Source of the DNA: Gammaproteobacteria bacterium
GTDB taxonomy: Bacteria > Pseudomonadota > Gammaproteobacteria > UBA4575
NCBI GenBank assembly: GCA_965222615.1
Contig: CBDCUI010000008.1
Location: 640,001 to 704,000, forward strand
Length of the DNA stretch: 64,000 nucleotides
Reading direction: 5' to 3'
Shown here piece by piece: positions 29,127 through 39,164 of the stretch (the first letter of the stretch is position 1; the number at the start of each line of letters is the position of its first letter). The notes under the pieces are model-generated. The model worked only from the letters and a program-made list of their open reading frames with translations. It made no database searches and was not told the DNA's origin. The position numbers were made by a program, and so were the translations under genes.

Positions 29127-30167
29127 ATGGATATGAAAAGCTCAACGCGTAAGCCATTTTTTCTGTGGCGACATCTTAATAAATTACGTTGGTTGTCATT
29201 GAGTATTGTGTTTTTGATGTTGATTGCATTGCCGTTCCTGCATGTGTATCAAACCTACGTAGCCGCACACGCTTACGACCTACTGGCACCATCGGAGAAA
29301 CAACTGTATGACATCGTTGGAACACTGACTTCTCCTTTTGTTAGTGATCCGACTGAGGACTTGGATGCCATTAAAGGCAATACTTGGTCAGGTACTTTTT
29401 GGGGAGTGCAGTTAAGTGACCCGCTGGCAGCACTTGGGCAAATCGCAGCGGGATTGAATTTTTATACTCCGTTTTTACTTACCGCGCTTATTCCCATTGT
29501 CCTTACTATGTTATTTGGACGTTTCTTCTGTGGATGGATTTGTCCTGCAACCTTTATCTATGAACTCAATACAAACCTGGGTGTATTTCTACGCAAAGCT
29601 GGATTAAAAATTGGTAATAGGCGCTTTGATCGACGATTCAAATATTTGGTGCTTATTGTAGGGGTGTTGCTGTCTGCCATAAGTGGCTCCATTATCGTGG
29701 CAGGGATTTATCCACCAGCGATTATTGGCCGAGAAATTTACTATGCTGTGGCACTTGGTGGTTTTGGCGCTGGTGCAGTGTTTTTTCTCTTAACCCTGTT
29801 GTTCGATCTACTCGTTGCGCGACGAGGATTTTGTCGTTATCTATGTCCCGGAGGTGCGTTGTATTCATTGTTAGGACGCTATCGAGTGCTACGGATTCAA
29901 CGTAATGTTGAAACTTGTAACGATTGTGCAAAATGTTCCGCTGTGTGTGAATTTGGATTGGACCCGCTGCGCGACAGTTTTGGACAAGAATGTAATAACT
30001 GCAGTGCCTGTATCGCAATTTGTCCTACGGATGCGTTGACGTTTAAGCTCAGGTTTACAGATTTGCCTAATCAAGGCCCAGGACATTTAGGACCCAAGCA
30101 TCGGCACCAACATCAGATCAGCGAAATACAAATACCGCTAGACAGTATACCGGTGTCGGGGAAATGA
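29127..30167 (+). CDS. napH: NapH/MauN-family membrane ferredoxin
   Basis: LSDPLA, GRFFCGWICP, FCRYLCPGG, two C-terminal 4Fe-4S motifs. Confidence 0.85.
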   Translation: MDMKSSTRKPFFLWRHLNKLRWLSLSIVFLMLIALPFLHVYQTYVAAHAYDLLAPSEKQLYDIVGTLTSPFVSDPTEDLDAIKGNTWSGTFWGVQLSDPLAALGQIAAGLNFYTPFLLTALIPIVLTMLFGRFFCGWICPATFIYELNTNLGVFLRKAGLKIGNRRFDRRFKYLVLIVGVLLSAISGSIIVAGIYPPAIIGREIYYAVALGGFGAGAVFFLLTLLFDLLVARRGFCRYLCPGGALYSLLGRYRVLRIQRNVETCNDCAKCSAVCEFGLDPLRDSFGQECNNCSACIAICPTDALTFKLRFTDLPNQGPGHLGPKHRHQHQISEIQIPLDSIPVSGK

Positions 30168-30772
30168 AAAGACGGAATTTTTTGCAACGCATCGTCTATG
30201 GCACTGCCATTTTGGGTGCTGCGTTAATGCCGTATGTCTTCTCTCGATCGACGACGCCAACGGTTTCAAAAATTCCACAACAGCATCTGCGTCCCCCCGG
30301 GGCCTTGCAAGATGATGCAGCATTTATTGCTGCATGTATTGGTTGCGGATTGTGTGGTGAGGTTTGTCCACCACGTTGTATCCAGTTTCATCGACGTGAT
30401 GGCGGTTATCAAGTCAATACACCATTTATTAATCCAGAAGTAAAAGCCTGTATCCTGTGCAATAAGTGTATGCAGGTGTGTCCAACCGAAGCGCTTACTG
30501 AAACAGCTCGAGATGAAATTGATATGGGAATTGCTCAAATCGATCGCAGCGCTTGTTATCCATGGGTCGATCAAGGAGTTTGTGGTGCCTGTGTCAATAT
30601 TTGTCCTATAGGTGAAGATGCCATCGACTTTAAATTATGGAATCAGTATAGGCCTGTCGTTGAAAGTGGATGTGTAGGCTGCGGTATATGTGTCGAAGTA
30701 TGTCCGCATCCCAGTTTGCCAATACGAATTGTTGAACGCCCAAAAAGTATTATTACAAAACATCAAGTGTGA
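30164..30772 (+). CDS. Second NapG/MauM-family ferredoxin
   Basis: RRNFL Tat motif; LRPPGA; four Cys clusters. Confidence 0.8.
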   Translation: MKRRNFLQRIVYGTAILGAALMPYVFSRSTTPTVSKIPQQHLRPPGALQDDAAFIAACIGCGLCGEVCPPRCIQFHRRDGGYQVNTPFINPEVKACILCNKCMQVCPTEALTETARDEIDMGIAQIDRSACYPWVDQGVCGACVNICPIGEDAIDFKLWNQYRPVVESGCVGCGICVEVCPHPSLPIRIVERPKSIITKHQV

Positions 30773-31392
30773 ATTGTATGTTATTGAATTTCATCAGAAG
30801 AACCCAATACACAAAAATAAAACTTGTGTTTATTATTACTATCGCTGCTGTTTCTTTTTTATCTTCTGTTAAGGCTCATCACGTCCTTGGTCGGCCTGCG
30901 TACAGTTTGAATGAAGACTCCAATACGCCGCCAAGCATGCATGTAGAAACTCAGATTGGTGAATATTTTGTCACCTATATGATCTTTCCTGCTTTTCCAC
31001 GCCCCAACGAACCCGGACGGATAAATCTTTATGCCAAACGCATTGACAATAGCCAACCCTTTGCAGGGCAGGTGACCTTCACAGTAAAAGATGATTCTTG
31101 GTTTAGCGCGAATGAAGAGCAACTCGGCACGCAATCCGCCGATGATAATGTGTTTAGGCAGGGGTTTGTATTTAAAGAAGACGGTGATTACATCATTACG
31201 GCTCAGTTTGAATCGGGTGGGGAGCCATACATTATTGATTTTCCTTTACGTATAGGTGCAAAGTCACCAGTAGGCCCGTTAGCAATCGCAGCCAGTATTA
31301 TATTGCTGACACTCATTATCGTTAAACTTACCCAACGTAAACGTTTGCTGCGCGCAACCATACGCGACGCCCATCAGGAGAAGGTCGGCTAG
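30769..31392 (+). CDS. Hypothetical periplasmic protein with C-terminal membrane anchor
   Basis: Signal peptide ending VKA-HH; Ig-like GDYIITAQF; C-terminal TM. Confidence 0.65.
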   Translation: MNCMLLNFIRRTQYTKIKLVFIITIAAVSFLSSVKAHHVLGRPAYSLNEDSNTPPSMHVETQIGEYFVTYMIFPAFPRPNEPGRINLYAKRIDNSQPFAGQVTFTVKDDSWFSANEEQLGTQSADDNVFRQGFVFKEDGDYIITAQFESGGEPYIIDFPLRIGAKSPVGPLAIAASIILLTLIIVKLTQRKRLLRATIRDAHQEKVG

Positions 31393-31394
31393 GC

Positions 31395-32924
31395 ATGACT
31401 CACCCTGGTTTACCACAAGCTTGGGCAATTGGCGTATGGCTGTTCATGATTGCGATTTCCATGTGGGCACTGTTCGTTCCTGCCAGTACACAATTTACAT
31501 CGCATCGCTATAGTGTCATACAAATTCCTATCATAGGTTCAGTCATTCGCACACTTACCAGGCAAACCTGGATCTTAACTGGCTTGAAAATTCTCCTGGT
31601 GGCATTGTTTTTATTAATCATCGTTGCCGGACTTTTTGGCACGCCCATTGCCGAGCGCAATTTGGCGACAGTGTTGACTTGGAATTTGTGGTGGACTGGA
31701 CTGATTATCTCCGTGTTTTTTTTGGGCTCTGCTTGGTGTGCAGTTTGTCCCTGGGAAGCCATCTCTGCATGGTTAGTAAGACACGGATTGGGTTTTGGTA
31801 CAGCCGCCGCTAACAACAGAATTAATCTTCGTGTCCCCAAACAACTGCGCAATGTATGGCCCGCTCTGGTACTGTTGATCGCACTTACCTGGTTAGAGCT
31901 AGGTGTTGGAATAACGGTCGATCCTTATGCGACTGCACTGCTGGCCCTTTTTATGGTGGTGTTAGTTATCGTGACACTAGCAGTATTTGAACGTCGCGCA
32001 TTTTGTAGATACCTGTGCCCAGTGGGGCGCACGATAGGTTTTTATTCACAATTGGCACCTACCGAATTACGCCCGATTGATCCGAATATTTGTGCTAATT
32101 GTTCTAGTCTGGCGTGCTACCACGGTGACCAACACACAGAACCCTGTCCAACCCATTTAGTGATGGGATCATTGCGACAAAATACCTACTGTTTATCTTG
32201 CGGCAACTGTACGCAAAGTTGCCCACATGAAAACATTGCATGGCGTTTACGTTCGCCCAGTGTCGAAGCTATTCAGGACGCGCGTCCGCACTGGGATGAG
32301 GCCTGGTTTATGCTGGCATTACTTGCACTGACGATATTTCACGGCCTAACCATGCTGCCATTTTGGCAAGGATGGATCAGTATGCTCGCACGTGTAATCG
32401 GAGATTCAAATCAATTGCTATGGAGTTTTTCGATTGCCATGGCGGTCAGTATTGTTGTACCCATTGTTTTTTATACGCTAAGTATTGTCGTTACACGTAT
32501 TTCGATGGGCCAATCATTAACATTTAAACGTATGTTCTCAACCATGGCATTTGTATCATTACCCCTCGCGTTTGCCTATCACCTAGCACATAACTTGACG
32601 CACTTATTACGAGAAGGCGATGGTCTCCTGGCGGTATTTGCCAATCCCTTAGGCTTAGGCACCTTGCCGCTGAGTATGGCCGAAAAACATGCACGACATA
32701 TGAGTTTATTAATCCCTGAAGATGCATTGTTTGCAATGCAAGCGATGTTGCTGGCTTTTGGTTTTTGGATTGCAGTTAAGGTCATTATTTATCGTGGTTC
32801 TAAATTTCTATCTACTCACAATGTAATGGCGATGTGGCAATTAACACCGATTTTCTTATTTGCCATACTCATAACAGGATTCAATTTGTGGCTGTTAATG
32901 CAACCAATGGCAATGCGTATGTAA
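31395..32924 (+). CDS. Polytopic membrane 4Fe-4S protein (NapH/CcoG/FesM-like)
   Basis: WCAVCP, FCRYLCPVG, CLSCGNCTQSCP; many TM helices; YHLAHN. Confidence 0.8.
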   Translation: MTHPGLPQAWAIGVWLFMIAISMWALFVPASTQFTSHRYSVIQIPIIGSVIRTLTRQTWILTGLKILLVALFLLIIVAGLFGTPIAERNLATVLTWNLWWTGLIISVFFLGSAWCAVCPWEAISAWLVRHGLGFGTAAANNRINLRVPKQLRNVWPALVLLIALTWLELGVGITVDPYATALLALFMVVLVIVTLAVFERRAFCRYLCPVGRTIGFYSQLAPTELRPIDPNICANCSSLACYHGDQHTEPCPTHLVMGSLRQNTYCLSCGNCTQSCPHENIAWRLRSPSVEAIQDARPHWDEAWFMLALLALTIFHGLTMLPFWQGWISMLARVIGDSNQLLWSFSIAMAVSIVVPIVFYTLSIVVTRISMGQSLTFKRMFSTMAFVSLPLAFAYHLAHNLTHLLREGDGLLAVFANPLGLGTLPLSMAEKHARHMSLLIPEDALFAMQAMLLAFGFWIAVKVIIYRGSKFLSTHNVMAMWQLTPIFLFAILITGFNLWLLMQPMAMRM

Positions 32925-32934
32925 GGTTTTCGTA

Positions 32935-33537
32935 ATGACAGACATAGATCGTAGAAATTTCTTCAAAGCCGGTACACTCAAGCTTGCAGAAGTTGTGATC
33001 AACCGAGCTGATGAACATGCTCGACAACGTGCACAACATTGGGTTCGTCCACCCTATGCGTTAGATGAGCTCGATTTCCTGACTACTTGTACACGATGTG
33101 GTGAATGCATCAATGCCTGTCCACATCAAGTGATTTTTCCTCTGCCGCCCCGGTTAGGTGCAAGTGTCACTAGTACACCGGCCCTGGACCTTATTAATAG
33201 GGGTTGCCATCTATGTGCAGATTGGCCTTGTGTTACTGCTTGTAAACCAGGTGCATTAAAACTTACAGAATCAAAGCCTGATCTTGCGGTGCCCATTCCA
33301 CCGATTGCGCTTGCCAGTATTAACCAAGAAACCTGTTTGCCATATAGTGGACCAGAATGTGGTGCTTGTGCTTCTAGTTGTCCAATACCTGGCGCACTTA
33401 TTTGGCACTCCCAAAAACCGCTAATAGATCCAGAACTTTGTGTAGGCTGTGGCCTTTGCCGAGAGGCATGTATTGTTGATCCCAAGGCAGTTGAAATTAG
33501 TTCTTTACATAAAGAAGCAAAGCATAGTAATAGCTAA
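32935..33537 (+). CDS. napF: NapF/MauM-family ferredoxin
   Basis: RRNFF; RPPYA; CTRCGECINACP and three more Cys clusters. Confidence 0.75.
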   Translation: MTDIDRRNFFKAGTLKLAEVVINRADEHARQRAQHWVRPPYALDELDFLTTCTRCGECINACPHQVIFPLPPRLGASVTSTPALDLINRGCHLCADWPCVTACKPGALKLTESKPDLAVPIPPIALASINQETCLPYSGPECGACASSCPIPGALIWHSQKPLIDPELCVGCGLCREACIVDPKAVEISSLHKEAKHSNS

Positions 33538-33630
33538 AAGCTGTAATTGTATTCGGTTTTCGACAAATGCAATGCCAAGGAATGGAAATGAGGCTCAGAG
33601 CCTAACAATTAACAATATTTTAGGCTTGAT

Positions 33631-33659
33631 AAAACCCTGTCGCAAATGACAGGGTTTTT
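33631..33659. terminator. Bidirectional terminator
   Basis: AAAACCCTGTC-GCAAAT-GACAGGGTTTT between convergent genes. Confidence 0.8.
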
Positions 33660-33685
33660 GGTTTTTTTTAAAGATAAAATGTAAT

Positions 33686-34162
33686 CTAATTTACAAGTGT
33701 GTCTGTGATGATATGTGGGTTAACGATATCTTTACGCACTGACCACAAAATAGCTAACACTTCATTGCGTTCTTGTTGACCGACTTTGTGTTTTTCACAT
33801 GCGGCGAGTACATCGTCGACTACGGCATTAAATTCCATTTCGTTAATGTTCATTCCCATGTGAGCGGTTTTCATATCTTTACCAGTGTATTCAACATTTG
33901 ATGCACCGGTTGCAGCTGCAAATATTTCAAACACTCTCGCCTTGACATATTCTGGGTCACTTGTAGCAAAACGATCTTTGACGATCGGATTTTTGCTGTG
34001 GTTGTTCCATATATCTTCTACAATTGCTTTAACTTTTTGTTTGCCACCAATTCTTTCATACAGGGTTTGTTCGGCAGAAACAGACTGTTCAGGCGTTTCG
34101 GGTGAACAAGCAAATAGTAATAGAGTTGTCACAATTATTGATAAGCCTAGTTTAATGTCCAT
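33686..34162 (-). CDS. Group I truncated hemoglobin with lipoprotein signal
   Basis: TLYERIGG, YTGKDM..AH.GMNI...EF motifs; lipobox LFAC. Confidence 0.88.
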   Translation of the reverse strand: MDIKLGLSIIVTTLLLFACSPETPEQSVSAEQTLYERIGGKQKVKAIVEDIWNNHSKNPIVKDRFATSDPEYVKARVFEIFAAATGASNVEYTGKDMKTAHMGMNINEMEFNAVVDDVLAACEKHKVGQQERNEVLAILWSVRKDIVNPHIITDTLVN

Positions 34163-34307
34163 TATTTCCCTCCATTAAGTAAGCGATAAATTTTATTATT
34201 TTCTTATGACATATAATACTTATATTGAGATACACATGCCACATGCTTATTTCAACCGAACTACAAAATTTTCAACGAGTTATTACCATACGCTATAAAT
34301 TATCAAG

Positions 34308-36200
34308 ATGAGTCTGGTACGTTTTGATGAAGTATCCCTGGAGTTTGGGGATACTCCATTGTTAATTAATGCAAACTTTTCAATTGAAGCAAAAGAACGA
34401 GTTTGCTTAATTGGGCGGAATGGTGCTGGCAAGTCTTCCACGCTTAAGATGATTATGCGTGAACTACAACCAGATCACGGTGAAATTCAATGGAAAAGTA
34501 ATCTTCGTATTAGTCAATTAGGACAAAATCTTTTAAATAGTTCAGGAAAACTAGTAAAACACGAGGTTTTAGAAGGGCTTGAGGAACAACAAAGATTAAT
34601 TAACCGATTTGATAAGTTATCAAAACAAAATTTAGATGCAAACGGATTGCGAGAACTAGAAGAATTGCAGCACTCAATAGATGCCAGTGGAGGATGGCAG
34701 TTGGGCCAACGCGTTGAAACGCTTATGACTCAATTGCAACTTCCCGCAGAGCAAAAATTAAATGAACTATCAGGAGGTTGGCGTAGGCGAGTTGCATTAG
34801 GCAAGGCGCTAGTATCACAACCAGACCTATTGTTGTTAGATGAACCTACCAATCATTTGGATATCAGCACGATAGAATGGTTAGAACACCAAGTTAGAGG
34901 TTATCAAGGCAGCGTTATATTTATTACTCACGACCGCACTTTTCTACAAAAGTTGGCTACACGTATTGTTGAAATCGATCGTGGTCAGTTAATTAGTTGG
35001 CCTGGTAGCTATACAAACTATCTAAAATTAAAAGAAAAGGCATTAGAAGAAGAGCAAACTAGCAATAAATTATTTGATAAAAAACTTGCGCAAGAGGAAG
35101 CCTGGATTCGACAAGGTATCAAAGCAAGAAGAACACGTAATGAAGGGCGAGTACGCGCACTGAAGGCCATGCGAGAAGAGCGAGCTAAAAGAGTAAAACG
35201 TGAAGGCAAGGCAAGAATGCATATTGAGGCAGCCGAAAAATCTGGACGTAAAGTAATAACAGTTCGTAATGTAACGCATGGATTCAAAGGTAAGATTCTT
35301 ATCAAAGAGTTTTCTTTAAAGGTGATGCGTGGAGATCGCATTGGTTTAATTGGTAACAATGGTGTTGGTAAAAGTACTTTGTTGCGTATTTTACTTGGCG
35401 ATATTAAACCCGATATTGGCACCGTAAAACTAGGCGCAAATTTGGAAGTTGGTTATTTTGACCAGCTACGTCAGGATTTAGAATTAGATAAAACCATTGC
35501 CGAAAATATCGGTGAAGGTAAAGACTATATCAATTTAAACGGCAAGCCACGTCATGTTATTGGTTATTTAAAGAACTTCTTGTTTAGCCCTAAACGCGCG
35601 ATGACACCAGTAAAAGCGTTATCTGGTGGTGAGCGTAATCGGGTAATTTTGGCAAAACTTTTTACCAAACCTGCCAATTTGTTGGTATTAGATGAACCGA
35701 CGAACGATTTGGATGTTGAGATGCTAGAAGTGCTAGAACAGAGACTAGTTGAGTATCAAGGCACATTGATATTAGTCAGCCATGATCGAAATTTTTTAGA
35801 CAATGTTGTAACCAGCATATTGGTATTTGAAGAGGACGGCACATTACAAGAGTATATAGGAGGCTATCGGGATTGGGTTCGTCGCGGTAGACACTTGCTT
35901 GAAGTAGATACACCAGGCAAGAGATCAGAATCACAAACGCGAATTCAAGGTGTAGGCTCTTCTAATAGCAACAAACCTAAAAAACTTAGTTATAAGTTAC
36001 AACGAGAATTAGAGGAATTGCCAGCAGTTATTGAAAATTTAGAAAAATCTATTCAGGATTTGGCTAATAAAGTAGAAAATCCGGGTTTTTATCAACAATC
36101 CTATGACAAGACTAAGCAGGTGCTTGAAGAGTTTTCTGTTACCCAAAATGAATTAGAGCAAGCAATGGAACGTTGGGCGGAGTTGGAAAGTATGCGGTAG
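34308..36200 (+). CDS. uup: ABC-F family ATPase Uup
   Basis: Two ABC domains (GRNGAGKS, LSGGW; GNNGVGKS, LSGGE); WIRQGIKARRTRNEGRVRAL linker; KKLSYKLQREL C-terminal domain. Confidence 0.93.
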   Translation: MSLVRFDEVSLEFGDTPLLINANFSIEAKERVCLIGRNGAGKSSTLKMIMRELQPDHGEIQWKSNLRISQLGQNLLNSSGKLVKHEVLEGLEEQQRLINRFDKLSKQNLDANGLRELEELQHSIDASGGWQLGQRVETLMTQLQLPAEQKLNELSGGWRRRVALGKALVSQPDLLLLDEPTNHLDISTIEWLEHQVRGYQGSVIFITHDRTFLQKLATRIVEIDRGQLISWPGSYTNYLKLKEKALEEEQTSNKLFDKKLAQEEAWIRQGIKARRTRNEGRVRALKAMREERAKRVKREGKARMHIEAAEKSGRKVITVRNVTHGFKGKILIKEFSLKVMRGDRIGLIGNNGVGKSTLLRILLGDIKPDIGTVKLGANLEVGYFDQLRQDLELDKTIAENIGEGKDYINLNGKPRHVIGYLKNFLFSPKRAMTPVKALSGGERNRVILAKLFTKPANLLVLDEPTNDLDVEMLEVLEQRLVEYQGTLILVSHDRNFLDNVVTSILVFEEDGTLQEYIGGYRDWVRRGRHLLEVDTPGKRSESQTRIQGVGSSNSNKPKKLSYKLQRELEELPAVIENLEKSIQDLANKVENPGFYQQSYDKTKQVLEEFSVTQNELEQAMERWAELESMR

Positions 36201-36215
36201 AAAATTTTGATTATC

Positions 36216-37235
36216 TGTGTGATTCACAGACATGGTTTCAAATTTCTGACTTGTAAATCTAGCTGGTAGTTAGCTTCTTGTATACGTTCTTTTTCAGGAT
36301 GATAGTCTTTTAGGACTTCTTCTCTAAGAGGGGTTTTATCCAGTAAGTGGCAAACTTTCTCCATAGGGGTTTTGCCTTTTAAGGAGCCATGTGTACGTTG
36401 CCAATTATAGTAGTGTTGCCATTCTGGAAGAGTGAGTTGCAACTCATCAAGATCAAGTTTTGCGGTTGCGTAAAATTCTTCTTTATCAGTTCGTTGAGAG
36501 CGTTCAACTTTACCGTTAAGATGAGGGGAGCCAGGTTTATTGGGCCTGAATTTAATGCCGTGTTCCATCATTTTTTCTTGAACCTTTACAGCAAAAAACT
36601 CACGCCCTCGATCTGTTTGTATACGTTGAATAGGAAAAGGCATCTCTTCAATCACTTGTTCTAGAAATTGCAATGTATTGGCTGCTGTACGTCTTGAGAA
36701 GGCTGCTAAAACCCTGTATCTAGAGCAATCATCAATCGCCGTGTATTGGTAAATACCATGTGTAATTTTACTGGTATCCATCTGTATGCGATCACCAGGT
36801 ATCGGCCTTTGATATCGAATATAGCCCGCTTTCTTTCGATTACGCTTAAGTGGCTTAACGTGATGCTTAGTCAGTATTTTGTGAATCGTTGCTAGTGATA
36901 AAGAGTAGTCATGCTCACGTAAAAGTTCGTTTTGAATACGTCTTGCACCGAGTTTACGCTGCTTTCTAAGGCTCAGTATCCAAGCTTCTTCTTGTTGACC
37001 AACTTTTGTATTAGGTGAGTGATGAGGCCGTCTACTGCAATCTCGTAAACCATTTAAGCCATCTTTCTCATAACGCTTCAACCATTTGCGTAAAGTGGGT
37101 CTTGAAATACCACAACGACGACAAACTAACCCTGCATTTTGGGTTTCCATATACAGGTCAACCCATACCAATCTTTGTTTTACTTGCTTGTTCATAGGCA
37201 TCCATTTTAGTGAAAGGATGTCTGTGAATCACACA
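36216..37235 (-). mobile_element. IS481-family insertion sequence (1020 bp)
   Basis: Perfect 18-bp terminal inverted repeats TGTGTGATTCACAGACAT / ATGTCTGTGAATCACACA around a single transposase. Confidence 0.92.
36224..37201 (-). CDS. IS481-family DDE transposase
   Basis: HTH (CGISRPTLRKW), IQMDT, AIDDCSR, IQTDRGREF, NGKVER. Confidence 0.93.
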   Translation of the reverse strand: MPMNKQVKQRLVWVDLYMETQNAGLVCRRCGISRPTLRKWLKRYEKDGLNGLRDCSRRPHHSPNTKVGQQEEAWILSLRKQRKLGARRIQNELLREHDYSLSLATIHKILTKHHVKPLKRNRKKAGYIRYQRPIPGDRIQMDTSKITHGIYQYTAIDDCSRYRVLAAFSRRTAANTLQFLEQVIEEMPFPIQRIQTDRGREFFAVKVQEKMMEHGIKFRPNKPGSPHLNGKVERSQRTDKEEFYATAKLDLDELQLTLPEWQHYYNWQRTHGSLKGKTPMEKVCHLLDKTPLREEVLKDYHPEKERIQEANYQLDLQVRNLKPCL

Positions 37236-37338
37236 ATTTATCCTACTTGCTTTATTATTTGGACCATTAAAAAGATTTTTAAAAATGCTTATGTATAGTG
37301 GCATACATTATGCTTTTTTAAGATCTCATTGCTTAGTC

Positions 37339-38436
37339 TCAGAATAAATTAGAACCTTCTAAATACTCCTTACATTCGTTGTAATTCCCTCGAAAACAAA
37401 TAAATTCTCTGCGTTTTTTAAGTTGATCTTCATACATCGGGTCATAATAATTTTCAAGTATTGCAGCTAACCAATCATAGTGTTTGGTTATATCACCAGA
37501 TTTTTTTTGGATTGAAAGCGCATCCTGCATAATTTCACGGATTTTTCCATATCGTGCTGGGCCCAATCTTTTTTGAATTCTTTCTAAGCTATCAAGTAGG
37601 TAATTCGAGAAAGATATAAAACCGGTGTTTTCGTCTTCTGTCTCTATAAACTCTAAATGCATGCCAATTACATATTCTTGTATAAGACGTTCCATTCTTG
37701 CTGTATGTGGTTCTTCAATGACAACAATCGAAGACTGTCTCATTTTTTCAAACAAAGTTTTTGGTATACCAACTTTGCCAATCGTACGTGCTTCATCTTC
37801 TAAGACGATATTTTTAATTCCTTTGTGTCTTAACTTTAAAAAGTCTATAGCTAAAATATTTTCAAAATTAATTTGATTGTTTTGCTTTTTTACATGTCGG
37901 CCAAAGCTTGAGCCACGATGGTAAGCTGCAGCTTCTAAATCGATCCCCTGTTCTAAACTTTTAACTAAAATAGTTTTGCCGCAGCCGGTTTGCCCGCCAA
38001 CTAAAACATAGGAACATCGTTCCGCCGCATTTTCTAATTCATTAATCAAGAATGTGCGTAATGCTTTATACCCTCCTTGCACAATAGGGAAATTCGTACC
38101 AGCTTCCTGCATCCATTGCTGTGCAATTCGAGAGCGTAAGCCACCACGAAAACAATACAATGATCCATTTGGGTTTTGCTTGGCAAATTTAATCCATGCA
38201 GCAATACGTGCTTGGCGAATTTTCCCTTGGATAAGCTCATAGCCTTTTTCAATGGCTTGCTCTTGTCCATGGTGTTTGTAGCATATACCAATGACTTCGC
38301 GTTGATGATCATCCATGATTGGCAAGTTTCTAGCTGCTGGAAATGCGCCTCGTTGATATTCAACAGGTGCGCGCACGTCCATTAATGGTGAATTATTTAT
38401 AAATAATTTTGTATAAACTTCAGTGTTGTGCTGCAT
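37339..38436 (-). CDS. mnmH: tRNA 2-selenouridine synthase
   Basis: Rhodanese DVRAPVEY and YCFRGGLRS; P-loop GQTGCGKT; HRGSSFG; YYDPMY. Confidence 0.93.
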   Translation of the reverse strand: MQHNTEVYTKLFINNSPLMDVRAPVEYQRGAFPAARNLPIMDDHQREVIGICYKHHGQEQAIEKGYELIQGKIRQARIAAWIKFAKQNPNGSLYCFRGGLRSRIAQQWMQEAGTNFPIVQGGYKALRTFLINELENAAERCSYVLVGGQTGCGKTILVKSLEQGIDLEAAAYHRGSSFGRHVKKQNNQINFENILAIDFLKLRHKGIKNIVLEDEARTIGKVGIPKTLFEKMRQSSIVVIEEPHTARMERLIQEYVIGMHLEFIETEDENTGFISFSNYLLDSLERIQKRLGPARYGKIREIMQDALSIQKKSGDITKHYDWLAAILENYYDPMYEDQLKKRREFICFRGNYNECKEYLEGSNLF

Positions 38437-38439
38437 CGA

Positions 38440-39117
38440 TTACTCACTGGAAAAGTAAATATCACCATAACTGGCACTTGCACTGCCTTTTGAATTGTCG
38501 GCATCGGTCATGATGGCAACTCCGCTTATATATTTTGGCAACTTATTAAAATGTTGCAATAGGTCTTTCTTAACATCCACTTTTTCATGTTGCCAGGTAT
38601 GTGTTTGATCTTGACTGGATCGTAATGGGATCATAATCGCTTTTTCCGTAAAGGCGTTAGGCCAAGTTGTGTTAGAAGACGTATTGCTTGACCAGACATA
38701 GTTCAAGGCTCTTGCACTTAACGGGCTAAACCCAGTTTTAAATACTACATATACTCTTGCTGCGTAATCGTCACCACTCTTCTCCTTTTCATTGAGCTGT
38801 GGTAAGGCTTGGTCTATACGCCAACTCCAATTTAAGTAAGGAGTTTCATGTATATCCACTTTCACCTTTTTATATAAGGCCGATGCAGATTGCGTGCTTT
38901 TTGCTTGCAAAAAGTAATTTTGATCTTCGTTTACAATAGAGTACTTAGTTTTTCCTTGAAATGATTTATTCTTCCAACCATCAAGATCCATCTTGGAGAA
39001 GTGTGCAATTCGTACCATGCTTGGTGTAAATGAATTTGCAAAGCTTTTAGCAACCGCGAGTAAGAAAGTACTTATAACAAAAGTTAAAATAAGTTTGTTG
39101 ATTTTTGACATTGACAA
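38440..39117 (-). CDS. DUF3047 domain exported protein
   Basis: Signal peptide; LNWSW, GDDYAARVYV, LNYVW, AIMTDADN. Confidence 0.85.
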   Translation of the reverse strand: MSMSKINKLILTFVISTFLLAVAKSFANSFTPSMVRIAHFSKMDLDGWKNKSFQGKTKYSIVNEDQNYFLQAKSTQSASALYKKVKVDIHETPYLNWSWRIDQALPQLNEKEKSGDDYAARVYVVFKTGFSPLSARALNYVWSSNTSSNTTWPNAFTEKAIMIPLRSSQDQTHTWQHEKVDVKKDLLQHFNKLPKYISGVAIMTDADNSKGSASASYGDIYFSSE

Positions 39118-39164
39118 ACTATTTCACTGTGGGATTCCGTTTTTAATAACAATACCCAATACTA

